Shown in pieces: positions 1 to 10,102 of a DNA stretch of 64,000 bases. The notes below the pieces were generated by a model, which had not been told where the DNA came from, did not search any database, and worked only from the letters and a program-made list of their open reading frames with translations. Numbering within the stretch: the first letter of the stretch is position 1; every line of letters begins with the position of its first letter. The DNA is from Acidobacteriota bacterium. Lineage in GTDB: Bacteria > Acidobacteriota > UBA890 > WLXD01. The position numbers and the translations under genes were made by a program. The stretch covers positions 704,001 through 768,000 of the forward strand of contig CBDBHB010000008.1 in assembly GCA_965205505.1 (NCBI GenBank), written 5' to 3'.

Positions 1-95
1 ACGACTTCGTAGCCGTCGTTGCCGCGAAAATAGGTGTTGAAGTTGTGGAAATCGCGGCCGGCGGCGCCCAGAATGATGACGCGCTTGCGGAGCAT
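1..95 (-). CDS. N-terminus of predicted GTPase / cyclic 2,3-diphosphoglycerate synthase-like protein (runs off the window edge)
   Basis: Manual translation from ATG at 95: MLRKRVIILGAAGRDFHNFNTYFRGNDGYEV; GAAGRDFHNFN is the characteristic N-terminus of this family; GAGGAG RBS just upstream. Not in the ORF track. Confidence 0.8.
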   Translation of the reverse strand, partial: MLRKRVIILGAAGRDFHNFNTYFRGNDGYEV

Positions 96-221
96 ACGCT
101 CTCCTCAGATGTCGTGCTCGAAAGACGGAAAGACGAGGAGCGGCAAGGCTATCCGGGCGACGTCCGGGAGGCAAATCTAGCGAGCCAGGCCGGCTCGTCC
201 CGGCCCGAACCCGAGGCGGTG

Positions 222-1373
222 TTATCCAGTCACCAGACCCATCGAGAGGCGGCCGAGACGCTCGTTGCCAGCCTCGGTTATCAGGAAGGTCTCGCCCAGG
301 GTCATCGCCTGCGCGCTATCGCTGTCCATCAGGATCATATGCATGAAGTACACCTGCCCCGGAGCCAGCACCACCGGATTCCCGCGATACAACATCGGCC
401 AGTCCATCCAGTTCGGCGCGAAAGTCGTACCCAACGAATAGCCGCAGGCGTTGAGTCGTGCGTGCGTGTAGCCGCGCTCGTCCATGACGCGCGCATGGGC
501 ATCGAACACTTCGCCGAGGGTCCCGCCCGGCACCAACGCGTCGACACAGGCCGATAGCGCCTCCGTGCACACGCCATGCATCGTCATATGCTGCGGCAGC
601 ACCCTTCCGATGGGGATCGTGCGCATCAACGCCGAGTGGTAGTGGCGGTACACGCCAGCGAACTCCAAGGTGAGCTGATCCGCGGAATCGAGCTTCCGCC
701 GGCCTGAGAAATACCGACAGAGCAATGCATCCGGACCCGAGCCGATGATGAACTCGTTGGCGGGATAGTCGCCGTCGCCGCGGAACACCGCCCCCTGCAT
801 GGCGGCGAGAATCTCCGCCTCATCGGCCCCCGGATGTGCCAGCTCCCAAGCCGCCTCTAATGCGTCGTCGGCTAGCTTGGCCGCCTTCCGCACGTACTCG
901 ATCTCCGCCGGCGACTTGACGAGCCGCAGCTCCGACACGATCTCGGAGCGGTCGTCCAGCGAGGCGAAGCCCTGCAGCGCCGAGTTAAGCCGCAGCGCAT
1001 TGCGCCCGGTGAGCCCGTAGGCGTCGTACTCCACCCCGAGAAGAGTCCCCGCGAGCCCGAGCTCGTCTAGCAGGTCGCGCAGCGCATCCGCCGGGCTGGC
1101 GTCGCCACGATCCACCCAGATCCTGATGTCCTCGATGTTCGAGGTGTTCTGCGCCTGGCGAAGATCGGGCGCTCGGGTGATCAGCGCCAAACGGCCGTCG
1201 GCAGTGAGCACGAGACATTGAAAGAACACGTACCCGAACGTGTCGTAACCGGTGAGCCAGAACATCGACTCCTGGCGGAACATCAGCAGCCCGTCGAGGC
1301 CGATGTCGTGCATCCGCCCGGTCAACGCCGCGCGGCGGGCCTCGAGCTCCGCGGTCGTGAAGTGTAGTGCCAT
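222..1373 (-). CDS. Xaa-Pro peptidase family (M24) protein
   Basis: Creatinase-like N-domain (LDGLLMF..WLTGYD), 'LRLVKSPAEIEYVRKAA', pita-bread fold C-domain. Canonical metal ligands look altered (EFAG, SALMRT, ACGYSLG), as in ectoine-hydrolase/creatinase-like members. Confidence 0.85.
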   Translation of the reverse strand: MALHFTTAELEARRAALTGRMHDIGLDGLLMFRQESMFWLTGYDTFGYVFFQCLVLTADGRLALITRAPDLRQAQNTSNIEDIRIWVDRGDASPADALRDLLDELGLAGTLLGVEYDAYGLTGRNALRLNSALQGFASLDDRSEIVSELRLVKSPAEIEYVRKAAKLADDALEAAWELAHPGADEAEILAAMQGAVFRGDGDYPANEFIIGSGPDALLCRYFSGRRKLDSADQLTLEFAGVYRHYHSALMRTIPIGRVLPQHMTMHGVCTEALSACVDALVPGGTLGEVFDAHARVMDERGYTHARLNACGYSLGTTFAPNWMDWPMLYRGNPVVLAPGQVYFMHMILMDSDSAQAMTLGETFLITEAGNERLGRLSMGLVTG

Positions 1374-1420
1374 GATCAGTCAGTCGACAGCTTCGCGGCG
1401 TATCACCAACAAGGCAACCA

Positions 1421-3844
1421 CTACGACTGCGGCCGCCGGATCTCGAAGCCCCCCGGCGGCTCCTGGCCCAGCAGGTGCTCGACGAAATAATCCCAGGTGC
1501 GCCGAATGACGTAGGGCTCGCTGGCATAGCCGTGATTGCGGTTCGGCATCACCAGCATGTCGAAGTCCTTGTTGTGCTTGATGAGCTCATCCACCAGCAG
1601 CAACGTCGCGTTGGGGTGCACGTTGTCGTCGAGAGAGCCGTATGTCAGCAGCAGCTTGCCTTCCAGCTTCTCGGCCATCAGGTGGTTGGCTTGCGCGTCA
1701 AAATTGTCGCCGCCGCCGGGAAGCTCCTCCAGCAGGCCGTGGTACTTCTCTCCCCAACCCCAGGAGTAGCTTCGCTGGTCGTGGTTGCCCGCACCCGAAA
1801 CCGCCACTTTGTAGAAGTCGGGGAATCTCAGGATGGCGTCGGTAGAGGAGAACCCGCCGCCGGAGTGACCATAGATGCCCACCCGGTCGAGGCCGATCTG
1901 TGGGTACCGCACGGCGAGCTGCTTGATCGCTTGTATGTGGTCGGGCAGCCCATTGTCGCGCATGTCGCCGTAGTAGGCGTCGTGGAACGACTTGGAGCGG
2001 AACGGTGTGCCCGTGGCGTCGATCTGAAAGACGATGAAACCGACTTCGGCGAGCGCTTGCGCGAAGCCGCGCGGATTGGCGGTGAAGCCACGCTCTCCGA
2101 CAGCGCCGATCTGCGGGCCCGGATAGATGTAATCGATGAGCGGGTAGCTCGCCTCGGCGTCGAAGTTGGAAGGAAAGTAGAGAAAGCCGTACAGGTCGGT
2201 CACGTTGTCGCGTGCCTTCACCTGGAAGGGCACCGCCGGGTGCCAGCCGGTTGCTTCGAGCGCCGTTATGTCTGCCTCTTCCAGGATACGCAGGACCTGC
2301 CCGTCGGCACGTCGCAGCACGGTTACCGGTGCGGTGTCGCGCATCGAGTAGGTGTCGACCACGAAGTTGCCCGACTTTGACATGCCGATGGCGTGGTGCG
2401 CGTCCTCGGCGGTGACGCGCTGTAGCTGCGACCCGTCGATCTGGGCTCGGTACAGCTGCGCCGCGTACGGGTAGAGATCTGGTTCCTTGCCGTAGGTCTC
2501 GAAGTACAGCCACCCATCGTCGGCCAGGTGGTGGATTCGCGCCGTTACCCAAGCGCCGCTGGTGACCTGGTTGATCAGCCCCTCGCCGGAGCCATCGAAC
2601 CGGTACATATGGCCCCAACCGCTTCGCTGCGACCACCACACCACCTGTTCGCCGTTGCCCACGACGCGCCAATCGCCACCGTCGGGACTGAACGAGACAT
2701 TGAGGTCGACGAACGTATTGGCGGTCTCCTCGAGCACCACGTGGCTGGCCCCAGTTGCCGGATCGGCGCCATACAGCGTGATTCGCTGGTGGCCGCGGTG
2801 CTCGCGCGGAAAGAAGACCTTGCTGCCGTCGGCAGCCCAACGCATCCCCACCTCACGGGGCCAGTGCTCCTCGATGGCTGGGCTCTGCAACTCCACGCCA
2901 GTACGCGAGACGACATCGAATACCCACGCTCGATATGTTGGAACGATCTCGTCGCCAGGAAGCGCGTAGCGATAGCTGTGCAGGATGGGTCGTCCCAGAT
3001 GCGTCTCGATCAGGTGCATCTGACCGACATCACGCTCGTCGAGTCGCGTGGTGGCGATCTTGGTGGAGTCAGGCGACCAAAACACCACCGGAGGTAGCTT
3101 CGTCTCGCGTCGACGGGAGGTGATCTCCGAGCAACAGCCCTCGGCAATTTGACCGTAGCCGTAGTGCTGTTCGCCGTCCTCGCTGAGCTGGGTCTCCGCG
3201 CCCGACTCCAGGTCGCGCACCCACAGGTTCTCGTCTCGCGTGAAGGCGGCCCAGCGCTTGTCGGGCGAACGAACCTCGTCTTCCGGGTCGGCGGCAAAGT
3301 CCTCCGGTCCCGAGCACTCGTAGCTCGTCAGGTCACAGGTCCACCGGCGCTCCGGCGGACTCGCCTCGGCACCCTCCGCGGTCGCCTCGTCGTCGGTCCC
3401 GCGATCGGACGTTTCTTCCCCCTCCGGTCGCTCGAGCACCTCCCAGAAGCGCAGCGTCTGGGCGTCGTCGAGCAGCTCGATGCTTTCGAACGGCAGCTGA
3501 TAGGGATCGTACGCATGACCGGAGTTCGCCGAGAGGGTGGCGGCCAACCGCACATGGTCGAAGGCGGCGCGTTGTTGGTTGGCCTCCGGATCGACGTAGA
3601 CAAACTCGTCGCCGCTCGGTATTTGTTTGCGGTACCAGAAGCGATCGGTGTCGTCGATCCACTGGGGCGACACCGGGTAGTTGTGGACGAGCTTCGTGGC
3701 GTTCCAGCCCAGCAGGCGCTCGGCGCGCGCATAGTCCTCACGGGTGACCGAGTCGGCTGCTCGCTGTCCGGCGCCCAGAAGCAGGGTCAGCATGACCAGC
3801 GCGATTGCCTTCCGACCTGCGCCGCCCGCGTATCGTGGGGTCAT
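1421..3844 (-). CDS. Exported S9/DPP IV family dipeptidyl peptidase
   Basis: GHSGGG nucleophile motif, DDNVHP, NRNHG catalytic His, DPPIV N-terminal propeller. Start placed at ATG 3844 (GGAGG RBS) ahead of a signal peptide. Confidence 0.9.
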   Translation of the reverse strand: MTPRYAGGAGRKAIALVMLTLLLGAGQRAADSVTREDYARAERLLGWNATKLVHNYPVSPQWIDDTDRFWYRKQIPSGDEFVYVDPEANQQRAAFDHVRLAATLSANSGHAYDPYQLPFESIELLDDAQTLRFWEVLERPEGEETSDRGTDDEATAEGAEASPPERRWTCDLTSYECSGPEDFAADPEDEVRSPDKRWAAFTRDENLWVRDLESGAETQLSEDGEQHYGYGQIAEGCCSEITSRRRETKLPPVVFWSPDSTKIATTRLDERDVGQMHLIETHLGRPILHSYRYALPGDEIVPTYRAWVFDVVSRTGVELQSPAIEEHWPREVGMRWAADGSKVFFPREHRGHQRITLYGADPATGASHVVLEETANTFVDLNVSFSPDGGDWRVVGNGEQVVWWSQRSGWGHMYRFDGSGEGLINQVTSGAWVTARIHHLADDGWLYFETYGKEPDLYPYAAQLYRAQIDGSQLQRVTAEDAHHAIGMSKSGNFVVDTYSMRDTAPVTVLRRADGQVLRILEEADITALEATGWHPAVPFQVKARDNVTDLYGFLYFPSNFDAEASYPLIDYIYPGPQIGAVGERGFTANPRGFAQALAEVGFIVFQIDATGTPFRSKSFHDAYYGDMRDNGLPDHIQAIKQLAVRYPQIGLDRVGIYGHSGGGFSSTDAILRFPDFYKVAVSGAGNHDQRSYSWGWGEKYHGLLEELPGGGDNFDAQANHLMAEKLEGKLLLTYGSLDDNVHPNATLLLVDELIKHNKDFDMLVMPNRNHGYASEPYVIRRTWDYFVEHLLGQEPPGGFEIRRPQS

Positions 3845-4040
3845 CGCCGCCTCCAGGTTGTTTGCCAGACCGATCTGGGTGATCGGGGCGCTCGCCGCGG
3901 CAGCGGTAGGAGCGTCCGGGTGCGTGGGGCCGTACTTTATGTGAACGGCATCATGCGCGCCATGTCCTATTCTGCCGGCGCTGACCGTCATCCAAGTATG
4001 AGATCAGATTCCACCGGATCCACACCGAAGGAGGTCAGAA

Positions 4041-4407
4041 ATGGCGGACTACTTGTTGCTCTACCAGGGCGGCGACCCCAACTGGCGAGACAAGCGAACA
4101 CCGGAGCAGATGCAGGCGGTAATGCAGGAATGGGGCGCCTGGTTCAAGGAGCTGGAGGCCTCTGGGCAGCTGCGCAGTCCGGGGGCGCCGCTGCTGCCGG
4201 AAGGCGTCGCCCTGAGGCGCGATGGTGATGGGTTCGCCACCGACACGACGAATGGCCGAGGTGAAGGAACTGATCGGCGGCTACTCGGTCATCGCCGCCA
4301 GCTCGCTCGAGGAGGCCGCCTCGGCAGCCGAGGGCTGCCCGTTCCTCAACCACCACCCCGACGGTGCGGTGCTGGTCAGGCCGGTGATGTCGATGCCCGA
4401 GGGCTAA
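4041..4407 (+). pseudogene. YciI/DGPF family protein with a +1 frameshift near 4250
   Basis: MADYLLLYQGG...MQEWGAWFKELEASGQL in one frame continues as MAEVKELIGGYSVIAASSLEEA..GCPFL in the +1 frame; AAGGAGG RBS. Confidence 0.8.
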
Positions 4408-4453
4408 CCGGCCGTGGCGGAAGTGTGGCGGGCCACTAGTGCTCCTGCACTAG
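4405..4453 (+). repeat. Degenerate solo terminal repeat of the 45380 element plus a CTAG palindrome
   Basis: taaccggccgtggcggaagtgtggcgggcc resembles tagcaggccgtggtgaaagtgtggtgggtc; followed by ctagtgc-tcct-gcactag. Lies between two convergent stop codons. Confidence 0.6.
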
Positions 4454-5734
4454 TCTCGGCTGCCGGCGCGTCGCACCTGCTGCGCGATGAACTCGCGCTC
4501 GTGCTCGGTGCGCACCTGCGATAGCGCCTGGTCCAGGAACGTGCGGGCCGGCTCCTCGTAGCCGGCTCGCGCGTACAGGTTGGCGAGAACGGCGGCGACT
4601 GCATGGCTATGCGTCAACCTGCCTTCCTCGTGAATGGAGTCGACCAACGGAATCGCTGCCTCTGGCCCGTCTCGGTACGAGATCGCCACCGCCCGATTGA
4701 GCTCCACCAACGGCGCTGGCGCAACCTCCCGCAACCGGTCGTACAGACGGCAGATCGACTCCCAGTCGGTCTCTGCGAACGTTGGCGCCGAGCAATGGCG
4801 CGCAGCGATCGCCGCTTCGAGGTGAAAGCGGCTGGCGGCGACCGCTCCCATGGCCGAGGCTCGGGCGAGATCGCCATATCCGAGGCCGATCAACTCCTGG
4901 TCCCACAGCGATCGATCCTGCTGATCCAGCGGAACGAGACGCCCGGCATCGTCGAGCCGCGATCGCAGCCGAGCCGTGTTGAACCGCATGATCGCAAGAA
5001 GAGCGACGGTGTCGCTGCTGGCGAGCGCAGGGGTCTCCGCTAGAAGGATCGTCAGCCCCAGCGCGTCGCGACAGAGGTGCGTGAGAATCGGCTGATCGCT
5101 GGTCGACAGGTACCCCTCGTTGAACAGCAGGTACAGCGAGGTGTGAACGGTGGCCAGCGCCCCTGCCCGCTCTTCCTCTGGGGGTATGACGAACTCCAGG
5201 CTTCGTACCTGACGACGCGTTCGGTACAGACGTTTATTGATGGGTCGATTCGGTGGTGAGCAGGGCGCGCGCGACTGCCGGGACGCTGAGCCCGCACAGA
5301 GTCTTGAGGATGAGTGTGGTGCGGTTCTCAGGGGTTAGCGATTGATGACAGCACATGAAGATCATGCGCAGCTGGTCATCGCGAATGCCGTCCTCTTGGA
5401 AAGCCTCGTCGACCGTCGGCGACAGCGTCCACTCGCTGTCGAGGTAGACGGCCAGGTCGCTGGCGAAGGTGGGCCGCGTGCGCTCGCGTCGGATCACGTC
5501 GATGGCGCGATTGCGAGCGGTGGTCAACAACCAGGCACTCGGGTTGTCCGGAATCCCCTTGCGCGCCCAGCTGTCCATGGCGCGCACGAACGACTCCTGA
5601 ACGACATCCTCTGCCAGAGCAAGGTTGTGCGGGCCCAGGATGCGCGTCAAGACCGAAATCAGACGGCGCGACTCGTGCCGGAACAGCAGCTCGATCTCGT
5701 CATTCGTTGCCGCGCTAGTATCCGGTGCTTCCAT
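4450..5734 (-). pseudogene. ECF sigma-70 factor with long C-terminal extension (ECF42/DUF6596-TPR type), one +1 frameshift near 5241
   Basis: Region 2 (LAEDVVQE..W..GIPDNPSAWLLTTARNRAID), 'DDQLRMIFMCCH'; after an extra C in 'acccatc' reads INKRLYR...LYLLFNEGY...PLDQQDRSLWD...TDWESI..LYDRL..VELNRAVA. Confidence 0.85.
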
Positions 5735-5741
5735 AACGTCT

Positions 5742-5900
5742 TAGTAGGGTGTTGAGTCAGGAATCCGTTGCATATCATGGCGCGCGCGACTGAGTCGAAT
5801 CCAAGGAGGCTCGACGAGGGCGAATGCTGAGCGTATCGCACAGGAGAACCGACGCCGGAGGTGGGGTGGCCAGTCCCGCGGCCACCCGGTGGGCTGGGTC
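5742..5900 (+). repeat. Diverged member of the structured intergenic repeat family
   Basis: Shares cgttgcatatc with 9959-9969 and a degenerate internal module (atccaaggaggctcgacgagggcg...atcgcacaggagaaccgacgccgga); boundaries approximate. Confidence 0.45.
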
Positions 5901-5958
5901 GATATGGAGTTGATGCTGTGAACCGTAGCCGACCGGGCTCGTCAGGGCATTGGCTGCG

Positions 5959-6597
5959 ATGACGGGTGCCCTTCCGCTGCACGAGTCGCTGTGGCGGCAG
6001 AACCTTGACCTTGCTCAGGCCTGTCTCGAGCACCCGTTCGTTGGCGGCCTCGCCGATGGAACTCTCGACAAGCAGGCTTTCCGCCGGTACGTCGCTCAGG
6101 ATGCGTTTTTTCTTCGCGCCTTCATGGGTGCCTACGCGCTCGGCGCCGCCAAATGCTCAGACCGGCTCGAGCTCGTACGCCGCTTTCATCGCCTCATGGG
6201 CGGGGTCCTCGACGAGCTGGAGTTACACGCCAGTTTCGCCAAGACACTCAGCATCGACCTCGACGCCGTGGAGCCATCGCCCGCGGCCTCCGCATACACG
6301 GATTTCCTGACACGCACTGCATGGACCGGCACAGTGGACGAGATCGTCGCCGCGATGACGCCCTGCATGCGCCTCTACCGCTACCTGGGTCAGGAGATCG
6401 CAAGCGCCGATCACGCCAACAACCCGTATCGAGATTGGGTGGAGACATACTCGGGCACCGCGTTCGGCGAGCTGGTCAACGATCTGCAGGCGATCGTCGA
6501 CGAGCTCGGCGTCGACAACGACGCGGTCCGGCGCAACTATCGGTACGCGATGAGGTGCGAGCTGGATTTCTTCTCCGACCCGCTCCGGGCCTGCTGG
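5959..6597 (+). CDS. tenA: TenA family protein (thiaminase II / aminopyrimidine aminohydrolase)
   Basis: HPFVGGLADGTL, YVAQDAFFL, AMTPCMRLY (catalytic Cys), YRDWVETY, MRCELDFF. The domain ends near 6590; the printed ORF runs on to 6948, probably because a TAG at 6595-6597 reads TGG. Confidence 0.85.
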
Positions 6598-6601
6598 CAC
6601 A

Positions 6602-6685
6602 TTACTGACGTCGATAGCGAATCTCGCCGTCGATCATCGTGGCGTCCACACGACGATGTTGATGAGATCGTCGGTGGCGACGGCA
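6602..6685 (-). pseudogene. C-terminal remnant of an amidohydrolase_3 gene
   Basis: Reads VATDDLINIVV/(2-nt slip)DATMIDGEIRYRRQ*, resembling the C-terminus of 23019..24665 (VSPDQLMSIKADITIVDGKVVYERR*). Confidence 0.5.
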
Positions 6686-6717
6686 GGCGCAATTCCCAAA
6701 GCCCACAGTTGTGGGAC

Positions 6718-6966
6718 TCACGGGATGTAGAGGATGCTCGCTCGATTGTCGGTTTCCTCGTCCCAACCGTCGAACTTGAGATGCTCGAACGCCTTCAATT
6801 CATCTGCTTTCTTGAGCAATCTGTACAGATCGAATATCCAGCCGCCGTCGTCAGCGAAGAAACCGTCCTCGGCGTCCTCGAGAAGCCCGGCGATTCTGCC
6901 CTCCAGGATCTCCACCATGAACTTCTTGTTCTTCCGAAGTTTTACTAGTTGCTCTTTCACCGACAC
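6718..6966 (-). CDS. Small acidic hypothetical protein (82 aa)
   Basis: Protein-like composition and gene-like codon use; no family recognised. Confidence 0.55.
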   Translation of the reverse strand: MSVKEQLVKLRKNKKFMVEILEGRIAGLLEDAEDGFFADDGGWIFDLYRLLKKADELKAFEHLKFDGWDEETDNRASILYIP

Positions 6967-6999
6967 CCCTCTGGTAGCGCTACGGAACCCGGTACTCGG

Positions 7000-7030
7000 C
7001 TAGCAGGCCATGGTGAAAATGTGGTGGGTC
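7000..7030 (+). repeat. Solo terminal repeat of the 45380 element
   Basis: ctagcaggccatggtgaaaatgtggtgggtc matches 45380-45410 at 29 of 31 positions. Confidence 0.85.
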
Positions 7031-7343
7031 AATAGGCGGCTCGCTTGAAGATGGCGACCTTCTCCTGTCCGAGCGCACGTAGGTAGTCCTCGATGCCGTC
7101 ATCGTCCTCCTCGGCAAAACCGAGCCAGTCCGCCAGGTCTTCCAGTGCCCGGAGGGCGATGCTGCAGTCAGTCCGCGAACGGGGTTCTAGCCAACCACCG
7201 TGTCCGGGCGTCAAGGTCGCGCCGCGCAACTGCGCAACTGACGCGGCCGGTCACAGGCTATCGCCTCGCCCCCACGAGTCGTCCCTGCTACTGAAGAAGG
7301 TCGAACTTTTCGCAGCTTCGATTTCCGCCGCTGTCAACTTCAT
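7029..7343 (-). pseudogene. Hypothetical ~104-codon gene with an in-frame TGA at 7251-7253
   Basis: AGGAGG upstream of ATG 7343; MKLTAAEIEAAKSSTFFSSRDDSWGRGDSL*PAASVAQLRGATL... is in frame with listed ORF 7029..7229. Confidence 0.5.
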
Positions 7344-7476
7344 CTCACCTACACCTCCTCGCCGAGGGGGCCACGGTGCGTCTGTCTTGCCGCGGCCTCC
7401 AGGAGCGACCGGAGCTGCTGCTCTTGCAACTCGTACGGAGTAGTGGCGAGCTTGAGCAGCCCGAGGCGTGCGAGAG

Positions 7477-8658
7477 CTATTCCTCGACGGGCTCCAACCG
7501 GTACACCGGGGTCAGATCAGCTCTTTCCTCGCCATCGATGGCGATGTAAATGTAGCCATCCGGTCCCTGGCGAACGTCGCGGACGCGACCCATCCCGAAC
7601 AGCAGCGTCTCCTCGAGATCGATGCTCTGGCCGTCTAGTGTCAGCCGTGCCAGTTGCTCTCCCGACAGACCGCCAGCGAACATGCTGCCGCGCCAGCCCG
7701 GAAACCGGTCACCGGTGTAGATCATCTGGCCTGACGCCCCGATCGACGGCACCCAGACATGCGCCGGGGGTTGTACCCCTTCCCGCATCGTCCCCTCGTG
7801 AATCGCCAGACCGGTCCCGTAGTTCACGCCGTAGCCGACCACCGGCCATCCGTAGTTCTTTCCGGCAAGCACGAGATTGACCTCGTCGCCGCCCTGCGGC
7901 CCGTGCTCAGTGATCCACACGTCGTCGGTGTCGGGGTGGATCACCAGACCCTGGGCGTTGCGATGCCCGTAGCTCCAGATCTCCGGCCTCGCCCCCTCCT
8001 GGCCGGCGAACGGGTTGTCGTCGGGCACGCGGCCATCGTCGTAGAGCCGGTTCGTCGTGCCGTGGTTGTTGGAGACGTCCTGGGCGGGGTGAGCCTCGAG
8101 ATCGCCGGTCGATGGAACCTGACGATCGCCGACCGTGATGAAGAGGTAGCCCTCGGCATCGAACGCCAGGCGGCAACCGTAGTGGCCCCGTCCTCTGCTG
8201 TCGGCCTCGAAAATCTCCTCGACGTCGGTGAGGCGGTCGTTCTCGAAGCGCCCGCGAACCACGGCGCTAGTGGCTTCGGAGCCGTCGCCGACTGGCTTGG
8301 AATAACTCAGATACAGCAGCCGGTTCGCGGCAAAGTCAGGATGCGGCACCACATCCATGAGCCCGCCCTGTCCCTGATAGAGGACCTGGGGCACCCCCTC
8401 TACCGGGTCGGCGACCAGCGCTCCGTCGCGCACGATCCGCAGCCGGCCGGCCTGCTCGGTGACCAGCATGTCGCCACCGGGGAGGAAGGCAATCGACCAG
8501 GGGTGCTCGAGAGCCTCGACAACGGTCACCACTCGGTAATCGTGGTAGGCAGACCGCATTACCGGCGACTGACCGGCTGCCTGCGGTGGATTGGCGTTAA
8601 GCGGTCCCCAAGCCGAAAGCACCAGCGCGGCGGCTACCGCGACGCGAATACGGACCAT
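7477..8658 (-). CDS. PQQ-dependent sugar dehydrogenase (GSDH / YliI-like)
   Basis: LEHPWSIAFLP, GQGGLMDV, HYGCRLAF, EIWSYGHRNAQG, EHGPQGGDEVN, NYGWP; signal peptide. Confidence 0.93.
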   Translation of the reverse strand: MVRIRVAVAAALVLSAWGPLNANPPQAAGQSPVMRSAYHDYRVVTVVEALEHPWSIAFLPGGDMLVTEQAGRLRIVRDGALVADPVEGVPQVLYQGQGGLMDVVPHPDFAANRLLYLSYSKPVGDGSEATSAVVRGRFENDRLTDVEEIFEADSRGRGHYGCRLAFDAEGYLFITVGDRQVPSTGDLEAHPAQDVSNNHGTTNRLYDDGRVPDDNPFAGQEGARPEIWSYGHRNAQGLVIHPDTDDVWITEHGPQGGDEVNLVLAGKNYGWPVVGYGVNYGTGLAIHEGTMREGVQPPAHVWVPSIGASGQMIYTGDRFPGWRGSMFAGGLSGEQLARLTLDGQSIDLEETLLFGMGRVRDVRQGPDGYIYIAIDGEERADLTPVYRLEPVEE

Positions 8659-8800
8659 CTCAGTTCTCCTCGATCGAGAGTGTCATGCTGCGGTATCGGA
8701 AGAAGGACCGCCGCCGCGAGTCGGTTGGACTCGCCCAGAGGGTTCCACAGCAACTTGCTGCCTTGCGTGGAAGATTCTCATAATCGCATCGGAAAGTCGC

Positions 8801-9883
8801 TCAGACCTTGGCCGCTGGCGGCCAGTAGGTGCGAAACTCGGCGCCGTGGCCCGGCCCCGCGGAACGTCCCTGTATGCGTCCCCCGGACGACAGCATCAGA
8901 GCCCGCACGATGTGGAGTCCGAGACCGGCCCCGCGTCCGGAGCGGCGCAGCTCGTCGCCCGGCCGGTAGAACTTGTCGAACAGACTCTCGGTAGCGCTCG
9001 GTTCGAATCCGCGACCGTTGTCGACGACCTCCACGACAACTTCGCCGGCTGCCGAGGTCGCCGACAGGCCCACGCTCGGGTCGACCGGTGTATCGCGAAC
9101 CGCCTCGAAGGCGTTCTCGAGCAGGTTACGAACTACTGTCCGCAGCGCCGTCTCATCCGCCAAGATGGCGAGCGATTCCGGGATCTGCACCTCGAACGCG
9201 ATGCCGCGGGCGGCAGCTCTCTCGACGAACCCTGGCAGGAGCGGATCGAGAGCAAGCCCGACCGATAGCTGGGTCCGATAGAGCGTCAGTGCCCCCTCTT
9301 CGATTCGGGCACTCTCGAGCAGGTTGTCGACCATCGCCTGCAGTCGCTCCAATCCCCGTAGGACCCGCTCGACATGTCGCTGGCGGCCTTCGCGGTCCAG
9401 GTCACGAAGCGCCAGAGTGTCGGCCGCCACTCGCGCGGCCGCGAGCGGGCTCTTGAACTCGTGGCTGACTGCTGCCAGAAAATTGTCCTGTCGGCGGCGC
9501 AGCCGGGCTTCCTGGCGCAGCACCCGCGCGATCATCGACAGCGCCGCCAGGAGAACCGCGAGGAAGAACGCTCCCTCCCAGAGGTAACGATTCAAGCGGC
9601 CTCGACGCTGCGTCTCCAGGCGTGGCAGGACGGTCCGGTCGAGCTCCGCAACGCCATCACGAACGTGGACGTCATCGATCAGGCTCTCGACCTCGGCGTC
9701 GGGAACGCCGGCCCCGAGCAGGGCCTCGGCGATCGCCAGGCGCTCCTCATGCAGCCTGGCGAGCTGGGAGCGCACTTCGTCGGTAAACCACACCTGGTCC
9801 AGCATCCACCAGCCCAGCTGCGCGACGCTGATCACCAACAGCGCGGCGAATCCCCAGCGCACGAACAGCAGTCGCCGATCCAC
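8801..9883 (-). CDS. Two-TM sensor histidine kinase
   Basis: H-box AVSHEFKSPL, N-box NLLENA, DNGRG, LFDKFYR, GAGLGL; GTG start chosen after GGGGAGG. Confidence 0.92.
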   Translation of the reverse strand: MDRRLLFVRWGFAALLVISVAQLGWWMLDQVWFTDEVRSQLARLHEERLAIAEALLGAGVPDAEVESLIDDVHVRDGVAELDRTVLPRLETQRRGRLNRYLWEGAFFLAVLLAALSMIARVLRQEARLRRRQDNFLAAVSHEFKSPLAAARVAADTLALRDLDREGRQRHVERVLRGLERLQAMVDNLLESARIEEGALTLYRTQLSVGLALDPLLPGFVERAAARGIAFEVQIPESLAILADETALRTVVRNLLENAFEAVRDTPVDPSVGLSATSAAGEVVVEVVDNGRGFEPSATESLFDKFYRPGDELRRSGRGAGLGLHIVRALMLSSGGRIQGRSAGPGHGAEFRTYWPPAAKV

Positions 9884-9936
9884 CTCGCCTCCCCGATTCA
9901 CGGGCCCGCGCGGAGGCACGGCCCGAAACGGCCATT

Positions 9937-10066
9937 CTAGTGTCCTGTAACAGATGATCGTTGCATATCGTGGTGGCGAAATGGGTCCGGATGCCAGGCG
10001 CGACGACGAGACGATGTTTGCCCATCTTCGAGGAGGAGCAACGCCGCAGACGGGCCGATTCCGCCG
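9937..10066 (+). repeat. Structured repeat (single module) whose terminus equals the IS110 target
   Basis: ctagtgtcctgtaacagatgatcg matches the rejoined IS flanks at 23 of 24 positions; internal gatgccaggcg...cgatg..catcttcgaggaggagcaacgccgcaga matches the module at 45433-45495. Confidence 0.8.
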
Positions 10067-10102
10067 GCCGTCTCCGGCGCCGGCCAGTGGAAGTAGCGAG
10101 AA

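Noticed and set aside
5760-5958. TPP riboswitch upstream of tenA
   Set aside because: No CTGAGA or AACCTGA...TAATGC core seen; the region resembles the repeat family instead.
6598-6948. C-terminal extension or fusion on TenA
   Set aside because: The extension is the antisense of other ORFs and remnants; it is better explained by ggcctgcTAG reading as TGG.
7251-7253. Second selenocysteine codon
   Set aside because: No CxxU/UxxC context, no recognised family, and no convincing SECIS hairpin.
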